NCBI RefSeq assembly: GCF_044704955.1
Contig: NC_091986.1
Span: forward strand, 176,638,001 to 176,702,000
DNA: 64,000 nucleotides
From: Pristiophorus japonicus
Lineage: Eukaryota
Direction: 5' to 3'
Positions 27,200 to 38,880 of this stretch are shown one piece after another (within the stretch, counting starts at the first letter, position 1; every line of letters starts with the position of its first letter). The translations under genes and the position numbers were made by a program. The notes beneath the pieces were generated by a model, which did not search any database, was not told where the DNA came from, and saw only the letters and a list, made by a program, of their open reading frames with translations.

Positions 27200-28190
27200 T
27201 ACACTAGGTTCAAAACTAGGCATCATAAATATAAGTTAGTCACTAATAAATCCAAGAAGGAATTCAAGAGAAAGGTCTTTACTTAGAGAGTGGTGAGAAT
27301 GTGGAATCCGCTGTTGCATGGATTGGTTGAGGCAATTAGCATAGATGCATTTAAGGGAAAGCCAGTACATGAAGGAGAAAGGAATTGAAGGATAGCTTAA
27401 TAGGGTGAGACGAAGAAAGGTAGGAGGAGGCTCGTGTGGAACATAAACACGACATAGACCTAATATAGACTAGGATTGTAACAGTATGAATGATGAAGAG
27501 GGAGAGGAATTCCTGAACTGTGTACAAAAGAACTTTCTTGATCAGTGTGTTTCCAGCTCAATGAAGAAGGAAGCAGTGCTGGATCTAGTTCTGGGGAGTA
27601 AAGCAGGGTAAGGGAACATATTTCAGTTGGAGAGCATTTGGGGAGCAGTAATCATAATATCATCAGCTTTAGAATAGTTATGGGAAAGGACAAGGTACCA
27701 TCAAGCGCAAAAATATTTAACTGAAGCAAGGCTAACTTCAGTGAGTTGAAAAGGGATCTGGTCCAGGTAGATTGGAATCAAACAGGCAAAACAGTAATTG
27801 AACAATTGCAGGCCTTCAAAGAGGAAATGGTTTGGGTATAGAGTACTCCACATGGGGTGTGACCAAGGCTTTGTACAATTGTAGCATAACTTCCTTCCCT
27901 TTGTATTCTCACCCCCTTGATATAAAGGCCAACATTCCATTAGCATTTTGGTTACTTTTTATACCTGTGCACTAGCTTTAGCACTAGCTAGAGTACAAAT
28001 CAAGAAATAATGGGGGCTTGTAAGAAAGGTACTGCAATAATCATGTGCGATTTTAGGCTTCATATATTTGGACAAATCAAATTGGCAAAGTTAGCCTTGA
28101 GGACGAGTTCATAGAGTGTATTCAGAATGGTTTCTTAGAACAATATGTTGTGGAACCAACCAGAGAGCAGGCTATTTTAGATCTGGTAAT
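27200..28190. mobile_element. Patchwork of old CR1 fragments in both orientations
   Basis: Short degraded matches to CR1 3' end, endonuclease (ctggatctagtt, LDLV) and RT C-terminal segments. Confidence 0.6.
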
Positions 28191-28930
28191 TCGCTAAGAG
28201 CTCTCATGCTCCTTTGATGCTCCATCAACAGGCGCCTATTCATGCCTGTAGCTGTCAAGTAAGTCTCCACTGACTCAGCAATCCATGGCTGCCTACTGGC
28301 CAGTCTCTCTGGAGAGGTAACGCCATCCTCCACCTTCTTTGAGTCGCCACCTCCCCCCCCCCCCCCCCCCGCCCCCCCCCCCCCACTCTCCATCCTCTCA
28401 CGGGCATTTTGTGCATTCTTGCCCAGAAAAGGCCAGTATGGAAAAGATTAGGCCTGTGCTTTGGAGTAATTGGAGGAGTTACTGGTCTGCATCTATCGGG
28501 ACGCTAGTGGGTCTCGCCAACAGGTCACTAATCAGCTTGTTGGACGTGGGAGCAAGTTGTGGCATCATGAGTTTCCTACCTTCGCTGCTCTAGTCAGATC
28601 ATAAAACTTCTTTCAGCACAACTCCACCATCCTGGGCACGATTGAGGTAGCATTCAATGCTTCTGCAACCTCGGCCGACATCCTCTTGCTCATCACATGT
28701 GAGGTCTGAGATGTTGGGGAGCTGATCAGCTACTGGTTCTACCTGATCCAAGAGGGCCTGAAGGTCATTGTCAGCCAATTGAAAGCCCTCTTGTGAGCAA
28801 CCTTCCCTTGTGATTCGGAGGTAGTCATCTGTGAGAGTAGAAACGTTTGAGAAAATTCAGACTTTCTACAAAGCATTTAAAGGTATTTATTTCAAAATTG
28901 CAGGACAGAGTGCTGTCTGCTCCTTACCTT
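28190..28930 (-). pseudogene. Decayed Harbinger Myb/SANT-like (ORF2) gene
   Basis: Minus-strand exon 28828-28580 (DLQALLDQV...AEVAEALNATSIVPRMVELC*KKFYDLTRAAK|gt), then KNAQNARERMESGGG; an upstream GT-AG intron at 28927-28829. Confidence 0.75.
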
Positions 28931-29424
28931 GAAATCCCCAGTCTTGCTCTGAAGGCAATTTTATTTTTGACTTTTATAGCCCTCTACCCTAGCACCTGAA
29001 GCCTCATTGGCTCCATTCAGTGCATTCTAATTAGATTGCAAGCATACGTTGGTGCACTGTGACACCAGCAAAATGGATGCAATTTCATGTAATTCCTGGG
29101 TGCGCACAAGGAAGACACTCCAGGTCAAAACACCAGATTTATTTTATCAGATTGATTATTTGCACTAGTATTTTGAGCGTCCTTCTGCGCCTGTGCGCCC
29201 TGGACTCCAACACCTATGCATGCGCACCACAGTCCTCATGCGCATGCGCAGACTCCTCGACCCTGACACTGGAAGTCGGGCATATATTGTGAGCTGCAGC
29301 TTTTTGCCATGTGGAACTCTTGCCACGTGTATCTAGCTTTTGAATTAGCTTCAGAACTTTTGCCTGGAATATCGTCATGTGTACATTTTCGCTGCCTTCC
29401 TTGGGAGAGAAAACATCGGAGTCG

Positions 29425-31220
29425 AAAGAGAGATAGACGGGAGGTGGGGGGAAGGGAGGAGGAAGAGAGAGAGATTGGGGAGGGAGAGAAAGAGAGAGAG
29501 ATTGGGGAGGAAGAGAGAGAGAGAGATTGGGGAGGGAGAGAAAGAGAGAGAGATTGGGGAGGGAGAAAGAGAGAGAGATTGGGGAGGGATAANNNNNNNN
29601 NNNNNNNNNNNNNNNNNNNNNNNNNNNNNNNNNNNNNNNNNNNNNNNNNNNNNNNNNNNNNNNNNNNNNNNNNNNNNNNNNNNNNNNNNNNNNNNNNNNN
29701 NNNNNNNNNNNNNNNNNNNNNNNNNNNNNNNNNNNNNNNNNNNNNNNNNNNNNNNNNNNNNNNNNNNNNNNNNNNNNNNNNNNNNNNNNNNNNNNNNNNN
29801 NNNNNNNNNNNNNNNNNNNNNNNNNNNNNNNNNNNNNNNNNNNNNNNNNNNNNNNNNNNNNNNNNNNNNNNNNNNNNNNNNNNNNNNNNNNNNNNNNNNA
29901 GAGATTGGGAGGGAGAGAGAGATGGGGAGGGAGAGAAAGAGAGAGAGATTGGGGACAAGAGAGATAGTGGGGAGGAGAGAGAGAGAGAGATTGGGGAGGG
30001 AGAGAGAGAGAGATTGGAGAGGGCGAGAGAGAGAAGATTGGGAGGAGAGAGAAAGAAAGATTGGGAGAGAGAGAGAGAGAGAGAGATTGGGGAGGGAGAG
30101 AGAGAGAGAGAGATGGGGAGGGAGAGAAAGAGAGAGATTGGGGAGGGAGAAGAGAGAGATTGGGGAGGGAGAGAAGATTGGGGAGGGAGGGAGAGAGAGA
30201 GAGTTGGGGAGGGAGAGAGCGAGAGATTGGGGAGGGAGAGAGCGAGAGATTGGGGAGGGGGGGAGAGAGAGAGAGATTGGGAGGGAGAGGAGAGAGAGGG
30301 TTTGGGAGAGGGAGGAGAGAGAGAGAGATTGTGGAGGGAGAGAGGGAGAGATTGGGGAGGGAGAGAGAGGAGAGAGATGAGAGAGTGAGAGAGAGAGATG
30401 GGGAGGAGAGAGAGAGAGAGAGAGATTGGGGAGGGAGAGAGAGATGGGATGTGGGAGGGGGAGAGAGAGATGTGGATGGGGGAGGGGGAGAGAGATAGCA
30501 TGGGGAGGGGAGAGAGATAGGATGGGGAGGGGGGGAAGAGAGAGAGGATGGGGAGGGGGGGAGAGAGAGAGAGATGGGGAGGGGGGGAGGGAAGAGATGG
30601 GGAGGGGGGGAGAGAGAGAGAGATGGAGGGGGGAGGAGAGAGAGAGATGGGGAGGGGAGAGATAGAGAGAGAGATGGGGGAGGGAGAGAGAGAGTGAGAG
30701 AGAGGGAGAGAGAGGGAGGGGGAGAGGGAGAGAGAGAGAGATGGGGGCGGGGAGAGAGAGATGGGGGCAGGCGAGAGAGAGGATGGGGCGGGCAAGAGAG
30801 AGAGAGCAATGGGGCGGGAGAGAGAGAGAGAGAGATGGGGGTGGGAGAGAGAGAGATGGGGGCGGGCGAAGGTGGAGAGAGAGAGAGATGGGGGCCGGGA
30901 GAAGGAGAGAGAGAGAGAGATGGGGGGAGGGAGAGAGTGAGAGAGAGAGAGAGATGGGGGAGGAGAGAGAGAGAGCGAGCGATGGGGAGGAGGCGAGCGA
31001 TGGGGAGGGGAGGAGCGATGGGGAGGGAGAGAGAACTATGGGAGGGAGTCATTGGGGATGGGGGAGAGAGAGACACTGAGGATGGGGGAGCGAGACAGCG
31101 GAGGGGGTAGAGAGAGACTGGGGGAGGGAGAGAGAGCTACGTGGGAGAGAGAGACTGCGAGGTGGGGGGTGGGGGTGCGTGAGAGAAAGACTGGGGCAGA
31201 GAGAGAAAGGAAGCAGGAGA
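29425..31220 (+). repeat. GA-rich polypurine minisatellite (about gagagagattggggagg units), containing a gap at 29593-29899
   Basis: Directly visible low-complexity tandem array. Confidence 0.95.
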
Positions 31221-31526
31221 GGAGACACGTTCTTCCAACTCCACACCCGATTTCTCAGAAAGCTCGGTGCGTGTGTCACTATTCACTTCACACTCAATAA
31301 ACCTGTCAACAATCTGACCCACACACTGTGCCCCATCTATGGTGGGGGGGAAGATAAGGTCAGGAACTTGGGCTGGGATAGGGCAGGAACTTGTGCTGGG
31401 GGGGGGGGGGGGGGTGGGGTCAGGAACTTGGGCTGGAGTGGGGCAGGAACCTGGGTTGTGATGGGGGTGCTCTATCCTGTCTGGAGTTGACAGTCAGCAA
31501 TGGCTCAAATTACACTTGGGCTGGCG

Positions 31527-31726
31527 NNNNNNNNNNNNNNNNNNNNNNNNNNNNNNNNNNNNNNNNNNNNNNNNNNNNNNNNNNNNNNNNNNNNNNNNNN
31601 NNNNNNNNNNNNNNNNNNNNNNNNNNNNNNNNNNNNNNNNNNNNNNNNNNNNNNNNNNNNNNNNNNNNNNNNNNNNNNNNNNNNNNNNNNNNNNNNNNNN
31701 NNNNNNNNNNNNNNNNNNNNNNNNNN
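31527..31726. other. Assembly gap (200 N) with about 108 bp duplicated on both sides
   Basis: 31418-31526 is nearly identical to 31727-31835. Confidence 0.95.
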
Positions 31727-32774
31727 GGTCAGGAACTTGGGCTGGAGTGGGGCAGGAACCTGGGTTGTGATGGGGGTGCTCTATCCTGTCTGGAGTTGAC
31801 AGTCAGAATGGCTCAAATTACACTTGGGCTGGGCGGTTCTAATTACACATGTGAAACTGCTGGGTGTGTCTTATCCTCCAAGGGGACCAATCAGCAATCA
31901 GGTCATGTGATCACGGAGAGCCAATCAGAGCATTTGTTAGTGCAAATAAACACGTCCTTACTATATAAGAGAAGTCTGGTACATGCTCCCCCACCCAGAA
32001 ATTTTGATTGGTGGCAGTTAATTAATGTTTTCTAGCATTTTGAATGTTACAGTAAACACTGACATTGCAATTTTTGTTAATCTAAAAAGTAAATGTGCAC
32101 AATTTTATTGTAAATTACTCTTTATCTGCCATTTGGGAGTTCGCTATTTTTCCTTTTTTTTCAACCAACGTTCTCTCAATGGCAAGAGATCCCTGAAAGA
32201 AAAAAAAATGTACTGGCAAATGGTGTATTCAAATTTTATCTCATTGCTGTAGGCAGAAAATTTAGAGTTGTATATATTACTTCCAAATCTTTCGCTGAAA
32301 AAAATTAAATTAACATTAAAGCAGTGTATTCTGGTTAATTTTATACAACATTTTACATCACAATAAATCAATGAAAGGTAAGTGACATTTGATTTTGAAC
32401 AAACCAACCAGATTATCTCTTCCCCTTCACAGAGACACCTTCTCCCTCCTGTTAACACAATCTCTTGTAATCCTCGGTCCTCAGTTCACAGAGATATGTT
32501 CCCTTCCAACTCCACTAGTTCATGCTCCCACTTTTCTATTTCTCCTCCCTTAATTCATGATTCAACTTTCCTACATTTCTTCTAAGTTCACACTTCGAAT
32601 GCCACACTTTCTCAATGCTGCTCATGCTCTCCATCCTCTGCTGCACTGCTCGAGTTCACACCTCTTCTCTTCCAAGCACTACCCTTTTGCTTTCTTCCCA
32701 CTAAACTCTGCCCTTGGCACTCAGACTTTCCCGTGCACCAAGCACCGCAAGCTATCCTATCTCTCTCCCTCACC

Positions 32775-35700
32775 TCCCCTGGCACTACTCGAGCTAGTGA
32801 GTACAGAAATAGAAGGATAGAGCAGATGAATCCATGGCTGGAGAAATGGTGCAGGAGGGAGGACTTTACTGAGGCATTGGGACTGCTTCTGGGAGAGGTG
32901 GGACCTGTACACGCTGGACGGTTGCACCTCAACAATATCCTCATGCGGGTGGGATTTGTTAGTGCTGTTGGGGAGAACCTGAGAATAGATTCAGTAGGGA
33001 GAGAAGTAAAGCTGGAATTGGAAAGCAAAAATGTAGAAAGTAAATTTGAAGGACAGAGGAAACAAGGGCTAGAAAGTAGTCAACAAGGAGATCTGGCTGT
33101 ACTAAATGGTATACACTTTAATGCAAGGAGTATAGTGAATAAGGCAGATGAACTGAGGGCACAGGTAGACAATTGGGAGTATGATATTATAGCTATTACA
33201 GGGACATGGCTAAAAGAGGGGCACGTATGCCAGCTCAACATTCCTGGTTATAGGATTTTCAGATGGGATAGAGAGGAGGGTAAAAAGCCGGGGGAACGCG
33301 GTATTGATGAACTAAACTATTACAGCTGTGAGGAGGGATGATATGTTGGAAGGATCATCAAACGAGGCAATATGGGTCGAATTGGAAAACAAAAAAGGGG
33401 CGATCACACTGCTGGGAGTGTACTATAGACCCCCAAACAGTGAGAGGGAGATGGAAGAGCAAATATGTAGGCAAATTTCTGAGGTGCAAAAATTATAGGG
33501 CAGTAATAGTAGGGGATTTCAACCATTCTAATATTAACTGGGACAGAATTAGTGTGAAGGATATAGAGGGTGCGGAATTCCTAAAATGCATTCAAGAGAA
33601 CTTTTTTAGCTAGTATGTAGCAAGCCCAACACTGGAGGGGGTGGTTCTGGATTTAGTTTTAGGGAATGAAGCTGGGCGGGTGGAAGATGCTAGTGACCAT
33701 AATTCAGTTAGATTGAAGATAGTTATGGAAAAGGACAAGGATAGACCAGGAATAAAAGTTCTAAATTAGGAAAAAGCCAACTTTGTTAAGCTGAGAGGTG
33801 ATTTAGCCATGGTGGACTGGAAACAGCTACTTGAAGGTAAATGTGTCAGAGCAGTGGGAGGCATTCAAGGAGGAGATCTGGAGGGTTCAGGCCCAATATG
33901 TGCCCTTAAAGAAAAAGGGTGTGACTAACAAATCTGGAGCACTCTGGAAGTCGAGGGACATACAGGGTAGGATAAAGAAAAAAAGCCAAGCTTATGACAG
34001 ATACTGAGGGCTAAATACTGCAGAATCTCTAGAGGAGTATAGAAAGTGCAGGGGTGAAATTAAAAAGGAAATTAGGAAAGCAAAGAGAGGGCATGAAAAA
34101 ATATTGGCAAATAAAATCAAGGAAAACCCAAAGATGTTTTATAAATATATTAAGAGCAAGAGGATAACTAAAGAAAGGGTAGGGTCTATTAGAGACCGTG
34201 AGGGTAATCTGTGTGTGGAGGCGGAAGATGTGGGTATGGTTCTTAATGAATACTTTGCGTCTGTTTTCACAGAAGAGAGGGGTGATGCAGACACTGCTCT
34301 CGAGGAGGAGTGTGAAATATTAGATGAAATAAACATAGTGAGAGAGGAGGTATTAAAGGATTTAGCAGCTTTGAAAGTGGTTAAGTCCCCAGGTCCGGAT
34401 GAAATGTATCCCAGGCTGTTAAGTGAATCAAAAGAGGAAATAGCAGAGGCTTTGACCATCATTTTCCAATCCTCTCTGGCTTCAGGTGTGGTGCTGGAGG
34501 ACTGCTAATGTGGTACCTTTGTTTAAGAAGGGAGAAAGGGATAGACCGAGTAATTACAGGCTAGTCAGACGAACCTCGGTGGTAGGAAAATTATTGGAAA
34601 AAATCCTGAGGGACAGGATAGATCTTCATTTAGAAGGACACTAATTAATCAAGGACAGTCAGCACGGATTTGTTAAGAGAAGGTCGTGTCTGACTAACTT
34701 GATTGAATTTTTCGAGGAGGTAAACAGGAGGGTCGATGACAATGTGTATGATGTAGTGTTTATGGATTTTAGCAAAGCTTTTGATAGGGTCCCACATGGT
34801 AGACTGGTCACAAAAGTAAAAGCCCATGGGATCCAGGGCAAAGTGGCAAGTTGGATCCAAAATTGGCTGAGAGGCAGGAAGCAAAGGGTGTTTTTGTAAC
34901 TGGAAGGATGTTTCCAGTAGGGTTCCATAGGGCTCAGTACTAGGTCCCTTGATTTTTGTGGTATATATCAATGATCTCGACTTGAGTATGATTAAGAAAT
35001 TTGCAGATGGTACTAAAATCGGCTGTGTGGTTGATAATGAAGAATAAAGCTGCAGACTGCAGGAAGATATCGATGTACTAGTCAGGTGGACAGAACAGTG
35101 GCAAATAGAATTTAATTCGGAGAAGTTTGAGGTAATGCATTTGGGAAGAGCTAAGAGAAGTGTAGAGGAACAAAGGGATCTTGGAGTGCATGTCCACAAA
35201 TCCCTGAAGGTAGCAGGGCAGGTAGATAAGGTGGTTAAGAAGGCATACGGAATGCTTGTCTTTATTAGTCAAGGCATAGAATACAAGAGCAGGGGATTTT
35301 GCTTGAACTGTATAAAACACTGGTTAGGCCACAGCTGGAGTACTGCATGCAGTTCTGGTCACCGCATTACAGAAAGGACGTGATTGCACTGGAGAGGGTA
35401 GAGAGGAGATTTACGAGGATGTTGCCGGGAGTGGAGAATCTTAGCTATGAGGACAGATTGGATAGGCTGGGTTTGTTTTCCTTGGAACAGAGGAGGCTGA
35501 GGGGAGACCTCATTGAGATGTATAAAATTATGAAGGGCCTAGATATATAGTGGATAGAAAGGGCCTATTTCCCTTAGAAGAGGGATCAACAACCAGGGGG
35601 CATAGATTTAAAGTAATTGGTAGAAGGTTTAGTGGGGATTTGAGGGGAAATTTCTTCACGCAGAGGGTTGTGAGGGTCTGGAACTCACTACCTGAAAGGG

Positions 35701-35886
35701 TGGTAGAGGCAGAAACCCTCACCACATTTAAAAAGTATTTGGATGTGCACTTGAAGTGCTGTAACCTGCAGGGTTACGGACTTAGAGCTGGAAAGTGGGA
35801 TTAAGCTGGATAGCCTCTTGTTGGCCGGCACGGACACAATCGGCCGAAATGACATCCTTCTGTGCTGCAAACTTCTATGATTCTAT
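32775..35886 (+). mobile_element. CR1 LINE of a different, older subfamily (ORF1 end plus decayed ORF2)
   Basis: NARS, GDFN, KSPGPD, FSKAFDRVPH and RPQLEYC; the (ttctatga)n tail is split by a MITE. Confidence 0.9.
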
Positions 35887-36866
35887 GGGCTTAATTTTCC
35901 CCAGTGATTTGCACCATTATTTTGGTGCAGGTCAATTTTTTTGGCCCAAGTTTAAAAAAAAACAAGTTTCCCCGATCAGTTTGCATCAGTGCAACTCAGT
36001 TACGATTTTTTTAGGTAAGTTTTTTTTTCAGCCAAAGGGTTCGTAACCTGCCACCCACGCCAATTCTGGCCAGTTCGCCAAGTTTGGCCAGCTGAGAGTT
36101 ACTCCAGTTTATCTTTGGCCAGCTTATGTGGCCTCCGTAGAAAAACCTTCTGGTAAGTTAAGGAAATCGGCACAGGTAAGTGCAGCAGATGCCCGGACAG
36201 CAGCTTCAGGAGAGGTAAGAGAGAGGGGGAGAGCGCGGGGGGGGGAGTGGGGGGAGCCTTTAGGGTACAGTTAGGTGCGGGGACTGGGAGGGAGGAGGCC
36301 ATTCGGCCTGGGATAGGTGCGGGGGAGCAGACCGGGAGGCCATTCGGCCTGGGATAGGTGCAGGAGAGCAGACCCGGAGGCCATTCAGCCTGGGATTGGT
36401 CGGGGTGAGAAGACCGGGAGGCCATTCAGCCTGGGATAGGTGCGGGGGAGTGGACTGGGAGTCCATTCGGCCTGGGATAGATGCGAGGAGTGGACCAGGA
36501 GGCCATTCGGCCTGGGATAGAAGCGGGGATCAGCACTGGCATAGGAAGGGGACTTTAATAATTTAATGGAGGAAAGTTGCTGCAATGTATTTGTGTTTGT
36601 GAAGTCGCTGCAATGTATTTCAAGGTGCTTGTGAAGTTGCTGCAGTATATTTTAAGGTGCTTGTGCAGGTTGTGTGCTGGCTGTATGTTTCACTTTTCAG
36701 CCCCAGCCCACATTGTGTCCCGGTTTCCATGGCAACCTGATCTTTTTGGCGCAGGTTAAGGCTCCACCCCCAAAACTAAAGGACAGGCTAGGCCGCGCCA
36801 AAATGAGGAAATCAAACGGGGAAACTTGGAACATTTTTTGGGGGCGTATTGGGGTAAATTGAGCCC
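35887..36866. mobile_element. PIF/Harbinger-like non-autonomous element inserted in a CR1 tail
   Basis: TIR gggcttaattttcccca / tggggtaaattgagccc; TSD tat/cat; about 41-bp internal tandem repeat (gaggccattcggcctgggatagg) at 36290-36520. Confidence 0.8.
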
Positions 36867-37550
36867 CATGATTCTATGATACTGTAGGGTTCTCTCCTTA
36901 GTGCTGTTTTGGGTGTCCTACCTTTATCATTGTTGCTGCTTCAGTTTTGAATTTTGTGCACATTAACAGGGTCTCTTCACCTCAAGAGTGTTCCTGCTAC
37001 AATGTGCAGTGGCATTCAAAATTGGAGCAGTATCAAGAGAAGGTAGGCGCCCCAGAGCTGCGCTGATGCGGAAGCCCAACAATAGTGCTGATTTTTATCT
37101 GCAAACACAGATGCATGAACTGTGCTCTAAAATGCTGACTGTCTTATATTAAACATGGATGGATGTAATGCATGCCATTGATCTCCTGTTAAATTCATAT
37201 CTTCCCTACCTTTTTAGTTGTAAATTGTTGCTGATTTATGACTATGAAATTTGAGCCATTTGCTACAAGAAAAGTACATATATGCGAGCGTAACATCGGA
37301 AATATGATCTGACTGAAAAAGCATGCCCAAAAAGCAGCATTATTTAATATATGCCAGCAGTGAGTTGCAGGTTTTTGAAGAACAGCGATGTTTTGCCAAG
37401 TAGTTTTATTAGAGAAACACAAATAGTGCACCAATAATTTGCTAACTTGTACAGTTTTAATAATAAATATGAATGTTCATAAACAAAAGTATTTCTCAAA
37501 ACACTTACTTAACACTTAAAGAACAAAAGTTATTAATTTATGCAGTTGTC

Positions 37551-38723
37551 CATAGAAAATAGGTGCAGGAATAGGCCATTTGGCCCTTCGAGCCTGCACC
37601 GCCATTCAATGAGTTCATGGCTGAACGTGCAACTTCAGTACCCCATTCCTGCTTTCTCGCCATACCCCTTGATCCCCCTAGTAGTAAGGACTTCATCTAA
37701 CTCCTTTTTTAATATATTTAGTGAATTGGCCTCAACAACTTTCTGTGGTAGAGAATTCCACAGGTTCAACATTTTCTGGGTGAAGAAGTTTCTCCTCATC
37801 TTGGTCCTAAATGGCTTACCCCTTATCCTTAGACTGTGACCCCTGGTTCTGGACTTCCCCAACATTGGGAACATTGTTCCTGCATCTAACCTGTCTAAAC
37901 CCGTCAGAATTTTAAAAGTTTCTATGAGATCCCCTCTCATTCTTCTGAACTCCAGTGAATACAAGCCCAGTTGATCCAGTCTTTCTTGATATATCAGTCC
38001 CGCCATCCCGGGAATCAGTCTGGTGAACCTTCGCTGCACTCCCTCAATAGCAAGAATGTCCTTCCTCAAGTTAGGAGACCAAACTGTACACAATACTCCA
38101 GGTGTGGCCTCACCAAGGCCCTGTACAACTGTAGTAACAGCTCCCTGCCCCTGTACTCAAATCCCCTCGCTATGAAGGCCAACATGCCATTTGCTTTCTT
38201 AACCGCCTGTTGTACCTGCATGCCAACCTTCAATGACTGATGTACCATGACACCCAGGTCTTGTTGCACCTCACCTTTTCCTAATCTGTCACCATTCAGA
38301 TAATAGTCTGTGTCTCTGTTTTTACCACCAAAGTGGATAACCTCACATTTATCCACATTATACTTCATCTGCCATGCATTTGCCCACTCACCTAACCTAT
38401 CCAAGTCACTCTGCAGCCTCATAGCATCCTCCTCGCAGCTCACACTGCCACCCAACTTAATGTCATCCGCAAATTTGGAGATACTACATTTAATCCCCTC
38501 GTCTAAATCATTAATTACAATGTAAACAGCTGGGGCCCCAGCACAGAACCTTGCGGTACCCCACTAGTCACTGCCTGCCATTCTGAAAAGTACCCATTTA
38601 CTCCTACTCTTTGCTTCCTGTCTGCCAACGAGTTCTCAATCCACGTCAGCACACTACCCCCAATCCCATGTGCTTTAACTTTGCACATTCATCTCTTGTG
38701 TGGGACCTTGTCGAAAGCCTTCC
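37551..38723 (-). mobile_element. CR1 3' fragment (same young subfamily as 6726 and 47981)
   Basis: ORFs 38066-38455 and 37635-38093 are almost identical to those at 6821-8103. Confidence 0.93.
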
Positions 38724-38880
38724 AGTTTTTACAAAAATGCCCAAAAGCACCTGAAAGATACAGAAGAGAAAGATTTAACTGAATCTTCAACCTTTCAACT
38801 GAGAAAAAAGAACTACATTCTTGATGAACAATTTTTATTTTGCTTTCTGTCAACAATGAAACCACAGCTGCTGCTAATCA

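Larger units (their letters stand above)
29156..31975 (+). mobile_element. Candidate non-autonomous Helitron2/Helentron (DINE-like) element
   Basis: 12-bp inverted repeat ttatttgcacta (29156-29167) / tagtgcaaataa (31938-31949), followed by an imperfect hairpin at 31952-31975; internal simple repeats; spans two gaps. Confidence 0.5.

Noticed and set aside
29214-31110. Long ORFs of 333-620 aa
   Set aside because: They are translations of GA/TC simple repeats and an N gap; low complexity with no domain signal.
31418-31835. Direct repeat of about 108 bp
   Set aside because: The copies abut either side of a 200-N gap, so it is most likely an unmerged contig overlap.
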